The translations under genes and the position numbers were made by a program. A DNA stretch of 64,000 nucleotides from Candidatus Sumerlaeia bacterium. Lineage in GTDB: Bacteria; Sumerlaeota; Sumerlaeia; SLMS01; JAHLLQ01. This document shows, in pieces, positions 39,709 through 47,556 of the stretch. The DNA is taken from NCBI GenBank assembly GCA_019634695.1, contig JAHCAW010000010.1, positions 22,355 to 86,354 on the forward strand, given 5' to 3'. Under the pieces are notes generated by a model. It searched no databases. It was not told where the DNA came from and was given only the letters and a program-made list of their open reading frames with translations. How positions within the stretch are numbered: position 1 is the first letter of the stretch; each line of letters starts with the position of its first letter.

Positions 39709-40757
39709 CGGGAAGCCGCATCCGGTTCGAGAACCACGACAAGCGGGCGGTGGTCGCTCAGCGAACTCTTCGCGACGCGTGCGCTGGTGGGGCGCAGGCC
39801 GCCGGCAACGTGAAGATGATCGATGCGGGCGACGGGGAATTCGCGCGTGATCGTGGCGCCCCATCCGCGTCCGGCCGTGGGCCACACGTCGTGGGCCACG
39901 GCACGGATCGGCGCCAGCGACCGCGCGCCGGCATCGACGTTGAAGTCGCCGCCAACAATCGTGGCCGCGAAGGGCTCCGCAGCCTGAAGTTCGCGCACCA
40001 GATCCACCAGCGCCGCGTACTGGCCAACGCGTTGGCGATGGGCCTGGGCGAAGTCCGCGCGCGCCGACGCCGATAGCGGAAACAGTCGCAGCGAAGGCAG
40101 CATCAACCGCACGTTCACCACGAGCAATGCGTCCCCGTCCGGGCGATCCACGGCAAGCACCTGCGGCGCCTCCCACGGCCCGACGGACCGCGTTGCGAGC
40201 ACGCGCACCGGCCAACGCGACAGCACACCGCAGTCGCCGGCATCCGTCCACGTCCAGCCGTCCCAGTGACCAATCAAGTCCTCGGCAAGGAACCCGGCCG
40301 CTCCGTCGGGTGACTCCTGCAAGAGCACGAGATCGGGCTGCCAACCGGCCAGTTCCTCCAGCAATGCCGCCTTGGACGGATACCCGCCGCCGACGTTCCA
40401 TGTGACGACCCGCACGGTATCGGGCGATTCCGCCGGCGAGCCGAAACGCAGCAGCGGGCGCCACTCGATCAGCAGAAGCGCGAACAGCAGGAGCGCCGCG
40501 GCCAACGTCCAGCGCGCCCGCGGCGTGGCACGCACCAGCGGCACCGCGCTCACAACCAACGCCGGCGCCCACCACAGCAGTGGCGGCCAGACCGTGAGCC
40601 ACTCCCCCGCCGGCGCGCGATCCCCGACGGTCAGGTGCACCATCAAGAGCACAAGCAGCAGTCCGGACAGCACCCAGGCGACCGCCGTCCATCCGCGGCT
40701 GCTGGCCTTGGGTACGGCGTCCTGGGGATGGGTCATGCGCGGAATCCTCTGGACCAT
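39669..40757 (-). CDS. Endonuclease/exonuclease/phosphatase (EEP) family membrane protein
   Basis: N-terminal TM helices are followed by VRVVTWNVGGG, LVLLQES, GGDFN and LSDHRPLVV. The start is at 40757 or 40736. The 3' end overlaps the convergent amidase gene by 40 nt. Confidence 0.8.
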   Translation of the reverse strand: MVQRIPRMTHPQDAVPKASSRGWTAVAWVLSGLLLVLLMVHLTVGDRAPAGEWLTVWPPLLWWAPALVVSAVPLVRATPRARWTLAAALLLFALLLIEWRPLLRFGSPAESPDTVRVVTWNVGGGYPSKAALLEELAGWQPDLVLLQESPDGAAGFLAEDLIGHWDGWTWTDAGDCGVLSRWPVRVLATRSVGPWEAPQVLAVDRPDGDALLVVNVRLMLPSLRLFPLSASARADFAQAHRQRVGQYAALVDLVRELQAAEPFAATIVGGDFNVDAGARSLAPIRAVAHDVWPTAGRGWGATITREFPVARIDHLHVAGGLRPTSARVAKSSLSDHRPLVVVLEPDAASRHSLADSTQANGR

Positions 40758-40808
40758 GCGGCCTTGCCGCGACAGGATCGGGCAACTCTCGATGGGGAGT
40801 CTACGATA

Positions 40809-41483
40809 GTGGAACCGCGCGCGCAAGAGCACCGACATGGCCCGCCCGGCGGGCCGCCTCCCGAGTGCCGCCATCCCATCGCGGCCTTCCCGCAGATCGC
40901 CTTTCTGAAGAACGTCATCACGTCGCCCATGATCGAAGTGGGCGACTACACCTACTTTGACGATCCGGAGGGGCCGGAGAACTTCGAGCGTCGCAATGTT
41001 CTGTACCACTTCGACTTCATCGGCGACCGGCTGGTGATCGGCAAGTTCTGCTCGATCGCGCGCGGGGTACGCTTCCTGATGAACGGCGGAAACCACTCGC
41101 TGGCCGGACTTTCCGCCTATCCATTCTACATCTTCGGCCGCGGATGGGAGGGGCATGTGCCGCCCGACGAGGATCGCACCAGCAAGGGCGACACGGTGGT
41201 GGGCAACGATGTCTGGCTTGGCTACGGGGCAACGGTGTTGCCGGGCGTGACGATCGGCGACGGCGCGGTGATCGGTGCCTGTTCGGTGGTGAGCGGCAAC
41301 GTCGCGCCGTACACCATTGTTGCGGGCAACCCGGCGCGGCCCATTCGTCGGCGCTTCGACGAGGCGACGATCGACCGGCTGCTCGCGCTGCGCTGGTGGG
41401 ACTGGCCCATCGACCGTATCACTGCGAGCCTTGACGCAATCGTGCGCGGGGACGTCGCGGGACTGGAACGTGCGTGGCCGTGA
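40809..41483 (+). CDS. Vat/CatB-type xenobiotic (streptogramin A-like) O-acetyltransferase, hexapeptide repeat
   Basis: The product contains FLKNVITSPMIEVGDYTYFDD, LMNGGNH and the hexapeptide repeats VGNDVWLGYGATVLPGVTIGDGAVIGA. The proposed GTG start at 40809 follows GGGAG, and that start is an inference. Confidence 0.75.
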   Translation: MEPRAQEHRHGPPGGPPPECRHPIAAFPQIAFLKNVITSPMIEVGDYTYFDDPEGPENFERRNVLYHFDFIGDRLVIGKFCSIARGVRFLMNGGNHSLAGLSAYPFYIFGRGWEGHVPPDEDRTSKGDTVVGNDVWLGYGATVLPGVTIGDGAVIGACSVVSGNVAPYTIVAGNPARPIRRRFDEATIDRLLALRWWDWPIDRITASLDAIVRGDVAGLERAWP

Positions 41484-42358
41484 TGCCGGAGTCGCCAGTT
41501 CGCGGCAACCACCTCACCCGACGCCGCTTTCTGCAGGCGCTGGGCGGCGGCGCCGCTGCGGGCATCGGCGTCGTGGGCTACACCTTCCTTGTCGAGCCGC
41601 ATTGGCTGCGCGTGATCCGGCGCCCGCTTCCCATTCGTGCACTACCCCCAAGCCTTGAGGGCAAGCTGCTGCTCCAGATCAGCGACTTGCATATCGGGGC
41701 GCGCGTGGATTCGAAGTATCTGGTGCGTGTCCTGCAACTGGCGAGTTCGCTCTCTCCCGACATCGTCGTCCTGACCGGCGACACCGCCGACGACGCGTCG
41801 CCCCGATGGCATCGCGAGGCGGCCCGCATTCTCTCCCATCTACCGCTGGCACCCATCGGAACGTTCGCGATCATGGGCAACCACGACTACGGGCCGGGTT
41901 GGCGGCATCCCGAGATGGCGGACGATGTCACGGATCTGCTGACCGACGCGGGCGCCACAGTGCTGCGCAACGCACGCGCCGACGTGCAGGGACTGCAAGT
42001 CCTTGGCATGGACGACTTCTGGACCGAGCGTTTCGATGGTGCCGGGACGATGGCCTTGCTGGACCCGGCGCGGCCCGCGCTGGTCCTCTGCCATAATCCC
42101 GACGTGTGCGATCTCGACATCTGGGCCGACTATCAAGGGTGGATTCTTTCCGGCCACACGCACGGCGGCCAGTGCAAGCCGCCGTTCCTTCCGCCGCCAC
42201 TGTTGCCGGTGCGCAATCGCCGCTACACCCGTGGGGAGTTCTCCTTGCCCGGCGGGCGGAACCTGCACATCAGTGCGGGCGTCGGCTACCTGCGCAAGGT
42301 GCGCTTCAACGTGCGCCCGGATGTTGTGCTCTTCACACTTCAAGCGCAATCCGCCTGA
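41483..42358 (+). CDS. Tat-exported metallophosphoesterase (second YaeI-like paralogue)
   Basis: The start overlaps the Vat stop (TGATG). The Tat motif is TRRRFLQALGGGAAAG. Metallophosphoesterase motifs are SDLHIG, LTGDTAD, MGNHD and SGHTHGGQ. Confidence 0.85.
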   Translation: MPESPVRGNHLTRRRFLQALGGGAAAGIGVVGYTFLVEPHWLRVIRRPLPIRALPPSLEGKLLLQISDLHIGARVDSKYLVRVLQLASSLSPDIVVLTGDTADDASPRWHREAARILSHLPLAPIGTFAIMGNHDYGPGWRHPEMADDVTDLLTDAGATVLRNARADVQGLQVLGMDDFWTERFDGAGTMALLDPARPALVLCHNPDVCDLDIWADYQGWILSGHTHGGQCKPPFLPPPLLPVRNRRYTRGEFSLPGGRNLHISAGVGYLRKVRFNVRPDVVLFTLQAQSA

Positions 42359-42371
42359 ACAGTCAGTCGCC

Positions 42372-42806
42372 ATGCCCGGTCCGCCCACTATCTCCTGGCT
42401 TTCGCGAATCGCTCCCCACCGCCTCGATAGCTACTGGTCTCTTGTCTCCTGGTACGGCTTGGCACTTGCTGTCTCGTGGGCGATACTCGTGGCCTCGCCC
42501 AGTTGGCTCCCTCACCGCACCATCGGTTGGATCATCGGGATGGTCTGGACGGCATGGTTTACGGTCGGAGCCGCCCATCTCGCCAACGCCCTTCGCCACA
42601 AGGGCTACGAGTGGGCGCGGTGGTGGAACTGCATTGGACTTCAGATCCAGTTCGCGCGCCGGGCGCGACAATTGCCACCCCACGACGAGGTTGCGTCGCT
42701 TCCAGACTTCACGGATTCCCCTCGCGGGCTGGCGGAGTTCCTGTCCCGCCAGTTCCCACATCCGCGGGCAAATGCCGATTCATCCCGTTCGAATAGAAAG
42801 GAGTAG
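42372..42806 (+). CDS. Small membrane protein, unknown function
   Basis: From the ATG at 42372 there are two hydrophobic helices (WYGLALAVSWAILVA and IGWIIGMVWTAWFTVGAAHLA). The GC content is lower than upstream. Confidence 0.4.
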   Translation: MPGPPTISWLSRIAPHRLDSYWSLVSWYGLALAVSWAILVASPSWLPHRTIGWIIGMVWTAWFTVGAAHLANALRHKGYEWARWWNCIGLQIQFARRARQLPPHDEVASLPDFTDSPRGLAEFLSRQFPHPRANADSSRSNRKE

Positions 42807-43027
42807 GGCGATGACACCAGAGCAGCCTGCACCACTGTCTCGCATGCGGTCCGGAAGAGGAGCTCGGGGCAGCCTTCGCCCAACCTTCCGCCTTCCAATG
42901 CCCCGTGCATTTCGCGCTTGTTTCAGGGGTTTGTCATCGGGTAGCGATCTCGGTTGAAACGTCGAAGTGCCGCTCCCGGAACGGCTCGGCCCTTCCCGAG
43001 AATGAAAGGTCAAGAGCGATGCTGCAG

Positions 43028-43504
43028 ATGGCCAAGAACACCGTATGCTTGTGGTACGACGGCGACGCCGAAGAGGCGGCGCGGTTCTATGCACGGACGT
43101 TCCCCGACTCCTCCGTCGAGTCGGTCGGCCGCGCACCGGGCGACTACACCTCGGGCAAGGAAGGTGACGTCCTGATCGTCAACTTCACCGTGATGGGAAT
43201 CCCTTGTCTCGGGCTCAACGGCGGGCCCCAATTCAAGCACAACGAGGCCTTCTCGTTTCAGGTGGCCACCGTCGATCAGGCGGAGACGGATCGCTACTGG
43301 AACGCGATCATCGAGAGCGGCGGCCAGGAGAGCGAGTGCGGCTGGTGCAAGGACAAGTGGGGCATCTCCTGGCAGATCACCCCCATCGTCCTGATGCAGG
43401 CTGTCTTCGGCCCCGACCCAGCCGCAGCCAAGCGGGCATTCGCAGCCTTGAGCCCGATGAAGAAGATCGACATCGCAACGATCGAGGCCGCGATTCGGGG
43501 ATGA
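43028..43504 (+). CDS. VOC/PhnB-like (3-demethylubiquinone-9 3-methyltransferase domain) protein
   Basis: The sequences VCLWYDGDAEEAARFYARTFPDS and ECGWCKDKWGISWQITP are typical of this glyoxalase-fold family. Confidence 0.8.
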   Translation: MAKNTVCLWYDGDAEEAARFYARTFPDSSVESVGRAPGDYTSGKEGDVLIVNFTVMGIPCLGLNGGPQFKHNEAFSFQVATVDQAETDRYWNAIIESGGQESECGWCKDKWGISWQITPIVLMQAVFGPDPAAAKRAFAALSPMKKIDIATIEAAIRG

Positions 43505-43555
43505 GAACCGGCACCGAATCGCCGGATACCGGAAGGAAATGGAGTGGATTACCTC

Positions 43556-43707
43556 ATGGCACAATCAGAAGCAGACCCCTCTGGGCTGATCGGCAAGAAG
43601 GCGCCCGCCTTCTCCCTCCTCGATCAGGCCGGGAGGATTCACAAACTATCCGACTTCAAGTCGGCAAGCGGGTGGTCCTGTTCGCGTAACCGAAGGATGG
43701 CGCGCCG
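43556..43707 (+). pseudogene. bcp: Decayed 5' fragment of a bcp peroxiredoxin gene (fragment A), ending at an attL-like junction
   Basis: The fragment reads MAQSEADPSGLIGKKAPAFSLLDQAGRIHKLSDFK. Relative to the intact copy it then has a 2-nt insertion (TC), after which GKRVVLFA is followed by TAA in place of Tyr, then PKD. Homology stops at GCGCCG (43702-43707). Confidence 0.7.
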
Positions 43708-43812
43708 AGTCTTGACTACACACATGAAGAAGACGAATGACAGTCTGTCTCCGCATGCAGGAAGGCCATGGATCGTGCTGCCGGGGATCCAGAACCGAGG
43801 ACTTGTGCCATC

Positions 43813-44655
43813 ATGACTCGTGATGCCGGGAACAGCCTCAACTATGACCTAATCGGCTTGTCGTACTCTGCGCGCCGATGTGCCGACCCACGGATCGTTG
43901 ACGCTCTGATATCGAACCTGCGCCTCGGAAAGGGATCCCTCGTAGCCGACATCGGCGCCGGTACCGGAAACTATGCGTGTGCCTTGGCCGACCTTGGTAT
44001 GCGGGTCAGTGCGGTGGAGCCGTCCAGCATCATGCGGCGTCAAAGCAGGGATCATGAGTTGGTGACTTGGTACGAGGGCGTGGCGGAGGAATTGCCGTTG
44101 GCAGGCGAGTCTCATGCTGGTGTGATTTGCGTTCTGGCCTATCATCATTTCAAATCAGGCAGGCAAGCCGTTCGCGAAATGAATCGCGTCTGTCCGCGGG
44201 GGATGATCGTCATCCTTGCTTGCGATCCGAGCCTCGCGGAGCAGACTTGGTGGTTGAATGAGTACTTCCCAGATGTATGGCAGCAGGCACGGTCCACATG
44301 CCCGACCGCCAAGACGATCCTTGATGATTTCGCGGCCGCTGGCCGTCCCGCCGTATCAATCCCGTTCCTCATACCCTTCGACCTGCAAGACTGCTTTGCC
44401 GCGGCCGGCTGGCGCAGACCAGCGATGTACCTCGACCCTCAGGTTCGTAGCTGCATCTCCAGCTTTGCTTGCCAGGAGCCCGAACTGCTCGCGATGGGAT
44501 TGGACCTGCTTCGGGCTGACTTGGAGAGTGGGAGATGGTATCAGAAGAATTCCCGCCTGGCGGCGCTGAATGAAATCGATTGGGGCTATCGACTGATCGT
44601 TTCTCATCCATCCGCTTCTGATCATAGCCGGGGTTGGAACCCGAATCCGCCGTGA
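43813..44655 (+). CDS. Class I SAM-dependent methyltransferase (Methyltransf_11-like)
   Basis: Motif I is LVADIGAGTGNYA, and the post-I acidic residue context is MRVSAVEPS. The ATG is at 43813. Confidence 0.7.
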   Translation: MTRDAGNSLNYDLIGLSYSARRCADPRIVDALISNLRLGKGSLVADIGAGTGNYACALADLGMRVSAVEPSSIMRRQSRDHELVTWYEGVAEELPLAGESHAGVICVLAYHHFKSGRQAVREMNRVCPRGMIVILACDPSLAEQTWWLNEYFPDVWQQARSTCPTAKTILDDFAAAGRPAVSIPFLIPFDLQDCFAAAGWRRPAMYLDPQVRSCISSFACQEPELLAMGLDLLRADLESGRWYQKNSRLAALNEIDWGYRLIVSHPSASDHSRGWNPNPP

Positions 44656-44767
44656 CCACCACTCACCTTCCGGACCCATGACTGGAATACCGTGTACGAC
44701 ACGGCGGGGAAAGGGGATGCGGGACGAAGACGGCGACGCCGCCTGAATCCAGATAGGGAGATCCACC

Positions 44768-44944
44768 ATGGCCAAGAAGACCTCCGAAGAAGCATCCTCC
44801 GAAATGCTCGGCAGGAAGGCGCCTGCCTTTTCACTCCCCGACCAGAACGGCAAGGTCCACAAGCTCTCGGAATACAAGGGCAAGTGGGTGGTCCTGTTCG
44901 CGTATCCGAAGGATGACACGCCGTCTTTTGGTCTTACACAGTAG
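44768..44944 (+). pseudogene. bcp: 5' fragment of bcp (fragment B, codons 1-52) fused to element-end sequence
   Basis: The fragment reads MAKKTSEEASSEMLGRKAPAFSLPDQNGKVHKLSEYKGKWVVLFAYPKDDTP, then diverges (SFGLTQ*). By my alignment, 40 of the first 52 residues match the intact copy. It is under 60 aa and so absent from the ORF track. Confidence 0.85.
44901..44944. other. attL of the 18.3-kb element (core ACGCCG at 44918-44923)
   Basis: bcp homology ends exactly after GATGAC-ACGCCG. The element arm TCTTTTGGTCTTACACA follows. Confidence 0.7.
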
Positions 44945-44984
44945 TCCGACTTACCACCCATAACGCCTGAAAGGACAAGCATTC

Positions 44985-45485
44985 ATGGCAAAAAACACCT
45001 CTGAAGAAACCCCCTCCGACATGATCGGCAAGAAGGCCCCGGCCTTCGCCCTGCCGGATCAAGACGGCAAGATTCACAAGCTCAGCGACTACAAGGGAAA
45101 GTGGTTGGTCTTGTTCGCGTACCCGAAAGATTTGACTCCCGGCTGCTCTGCTGAGAGCTGCGGCTTCAGGGACACCAACGCTGAGTTCGAGAAGCTTGGT
45201 GCAGTGGTCTTGGGCATCTCGATCCTCGACTCGAAGTCGAAGAAGAAGTTCGCCGAGAAGCTGGGCCTGAACTTTCCGCTGCTCGCCGATGAGGACATGA
45301 AGGTCCTGGAGGAGTACGGACTCTGGCAGGAGAAGTCGATGTACGGGAAGAAGTACATGGGCGTATCCCGCGAGACCTTCGTCATCAACCCTGAGGGCAA
45401 GTTCGCCATGCACTGGCCGAACGCCAAGGGCAGCGAGGCTCACTCGGCTGAAGTGCTGGCCTGGTTGAAGGAGAAGTCGGGCTGA
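44985..45485 (+). CDS. bcp: Peroxiredoxin Bcp/PrxQ, an intact copy carried just inside the element's left end
   Basis: The 166-aa product reads MAKNTSEETPSDMIGKKAPAFALPDQDGKIHKLSDYKGKWLVLFAYPKDLTPGCSAESCGFRD, with the peroxidatic and resolving Cys arranged as CxxxxC. Confidence 0.9.
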   Translation: MAKNTSEETPSDMIGKKAPAFALPDQDGKIHKLSDYKGKWLVLFAYPKDLTPGCSAESCGFRDTNAEFEKLGAVVLGISILDSKSKKKFAEKLGLNFPLLADEDMKVLEEYGLWQEKSMYGKKYMGVSRETFVINPEGKFAMHWPNAKGSEAHSAEVLAWLKEKSG

Positions 45486-45618
45486 GGAGCCGGGATTTCA
45501 TCCGCTTCATGCGTGGCAGAATGGAACGCAACACGGCATCCGGTATAGATAAGGAAAGGGCCAGAGTGCAGCCACCGCGCACCCCGGCCCTACAACATGA
45601 CGAGGAGGCACCCTCACC

Positions 45619-46629
45619 ATGTCGGATACCGTATCTATACTATATCCAGAAGGCTCTTGGAGACATGCGCTCTCGGCCTTTTCGCTGGACTCCGCGAAGG
45701 ATTTCCTTCGGGAGCCAGCTCTTTGGCGACCCAACAACTCCCCGATCGAAGCGTACCGGCTTGAACCCTATCTCGTTGAATACCCAGGTTCGCCACTTGT
45801 GGTCCTCGTTCTGTCAGAGGAATGGGACGAAGAAAGGCGACAGCACTGGCTTGAACGCCTTCGAGATCCTCACACCGGGAACATTCGGCCTCGCGGCAAG
45901 ATTCGGGGTCTTTCAGACGCAGTAGCGAACCGGCTCGCCATCCAGTTCAGGAAGCTCGTCCCTGAGCGCTGCATCGACAGGAGTATGGGGATGGCCCTGA
46001 TGTTCCCGTCCTTGAAGATGATTGACGAGAAGGCCGCCCTCCGCGTGTTCAACAAGTACATCAAGAGAGTTGAACGGTGGTGCAGGAAGAGAGGAGCCCA
46101 GATTGCGGGCTACCGCGGCATGGAGCGTGGGCCCGACGGCTGCACGATTCACTTCCACGTCTGGCTCTGGGTGTCTGACCCGAAGCTGTTGAAGGACGTG
46201 CACCAGAAGATTGAGGATGAGTGGCCTGAGGCGGCGGGCTACAAGCGCCGAGAGAGCACGGCAACAGACGTGCAGGCCATCCAGAGCGAAGCCAGCTTGC
46301 ATTGGTTCCTCCGCTATCTGGCGAAGCCGGAGTCCAAGCAGGACATCTCCGGGGTCCACCCAGTGGCACCCATTCGACAACAGAACCTACCCATCGCAGA
46401 ACCCAAGAAGGAAGAGGTCGATCTTCCGCAAGCGAGGTTCCTGAAGGAAGAGGTGAACAGGACTTTAGGGCGACGAAACGACCCGTCACCCATGCGCATG
46501 ATCTTCAATCTTCCTGAAGCGGAGTGGCGGAGAATCAAGATCGAGAGCTACAGTCACCGTCGTGGCCCCACGCCGAGCGAGGATCATGCAAACAAGGTCC
46601 GGGCAGCGGAGTTGGGGGACGATTGGTAG
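45619..46629 (+). CDS. HUH-endonuclease-like replication initiator/relaxase candidate
   Basis: A GAGGAGG RBS precedes the start. The HUH-like motif is CTIHFHVWLWV, and a downstream Tyr motif reads FLRYLAKPESK. No other domain was recognised. Confidence 0.45.
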   Translation: MSDTVSILYPEGSWRHALSAFSLDSAKDFLREPALWRPNNSPIEAYRLEPYLVEYPGSPLVVLVLSEEWDEERRQHWLERLRDPHTGNIRPRGKIRGLSDAVANRLAIQFRKLVPERCIDRSMGMALMFPSLKMIDEKAALRVFNKYIKRVERWCRKRGAQIAGYRGMERGPDGCTIHFHVWLWVSDPKLLKDVHQKIEDEWPEAAGYKRRESTATDVQAIQSEASLHWFLRYLAKPESKQDISGVHPVAPIRQQNLPIAEPKKEEVDLPQARFLKEEVNRTLGRRNDPSPMRMIFNLPEAEWRRIKIESYSHRRGPTPSEDHANKVRAAELGDDW

Positions 46630-46713
46630 TCCCTTGCGGACCACTATGCCTAACAAGAGTATTTTCTTTGGGACCCAATGGTCGCCCTACGGCTTGTGTC
46701 CATCATCGGATTC

Positions 46714-47298
46714 CTAATCCAGTGGATCCACATCAGGGTGATCATCATGGTCCAGAGCCGCCACCAGATCCCATGACAAGATGTTGGCACTTCCTCTCAA
46801 TAGGACATCCCCCCGCCAGCGCAGATACCGAACCCTTTCATGGCAAAGCAGCGTCACGATGGCCGGGACATGCTCCACAGGTGCTGAAAGAATCACCCAA
46901 GGCGTTCCGCCATTTTTTAGCCCCTGTACCATCCCGACGCCGTGTGGTTTGCGATCATCGGATTCTTCTTCAGTCCGGGCAATGATGCCGCTGATGGTCC
47001 GTTGACCGCTGATGGTCACATCGATTGCAACGCCCCGGATGGGAAACCTTCTGACGGACGCTGGTGCCAACATTCTTCCGCAGATCCTGACGCCAAAACT
47101 CTCCCAGTAGGGCCGCTGCCACACTCGGCTGTAGTCCACGCCCAGGCCGACCTGGGGTTCCCAAGCATCGATCTGGATGTAGTAGTCCATGATCTCCGCC
47201 ACCACCGCCTTTCTTCTTTTCTTCGCCACGTTTGTCCTCCATGTGCTTGGGATGGGGCTTGCACCGCGAACCAAAGCCCTGTTTGATCCTTCTGACAT
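46714..47298 (-). CDS. Hypothetical protein
   Basis: The ATG at 47298 follows GAAAGGA, and the codon usage looks coding. No motif was recognised. The gene is divergent from the HTH gene. Confidence 0.4.
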   Translation of the reverse strand: MSEGSNRALVRGASPIPSTWRTNVAKKRRKAVVAEIMDYYIQIDAWEPQVGLGVDYSRVWQRPYWESFGVRICGRMLAPASVRRFPIRGVAIDVTISGQRTISGIIARTEEESDDRKPHGVGMVQGLKNGGTPWVILSAPVEHVPAIVTLLCHERVRYLRWRGDVLLRGSANILSWDLVAALDHDDHPDVDPLD

Positions 47299-47337
47299 GT
47301 CCTTTCTACCGGGTTTCTTCCAGTTCCTCACCCAGGA

Positions 47338-47556
47338 TTGACCAGAATGCCAGACCAAAGATGGCTCTCAGTGCCTGAAGCCGCCGAGTACCTCGGGATC
47401 AAGCCGGACACCGTGTACGAGTGGATAGGCAAGAAAGGCATGCCTGCCCATCGAGTGGGGAGGCTTTGGCGGCTGGATGTGGAAGAGATCGACGCTTGGG
47501 TCAAGTCTGGGAAGGCGGGTGCGCCAGATGCCCAAGCCGAAGGAGAGAGCCATTGA
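47338..47556 (+). CDS. Excisionase-family (HTH_17/MerR-like) DNA-binding protein
   Basis: The product contains WLSVPEAAEYLGIKPDTVYEWIGKKGMPAHRVGRLWRLDVEEIDAWV. The likely ATG is at 47347. Its stop overlaps the helicase start. Confidence 0.8.
   Translation: MTRMPDQRWLSVPEAAEYLGIKPDTVYEWIGKKGMPAHRVGRLWRLDVEEIDAWVKSGKAGAPDAQAEGESH

Noticed and set aside
38407-40785. 792-aa minus-strand ORF spanning the GGDEF, amidase and EEP genes
   Set aside because: Only its C-terminal part coincides with nothing real. The EEP gene on this strand is in a different frame (39669-40757), and the remainder is antisense to two well-supported plus-strand genes.
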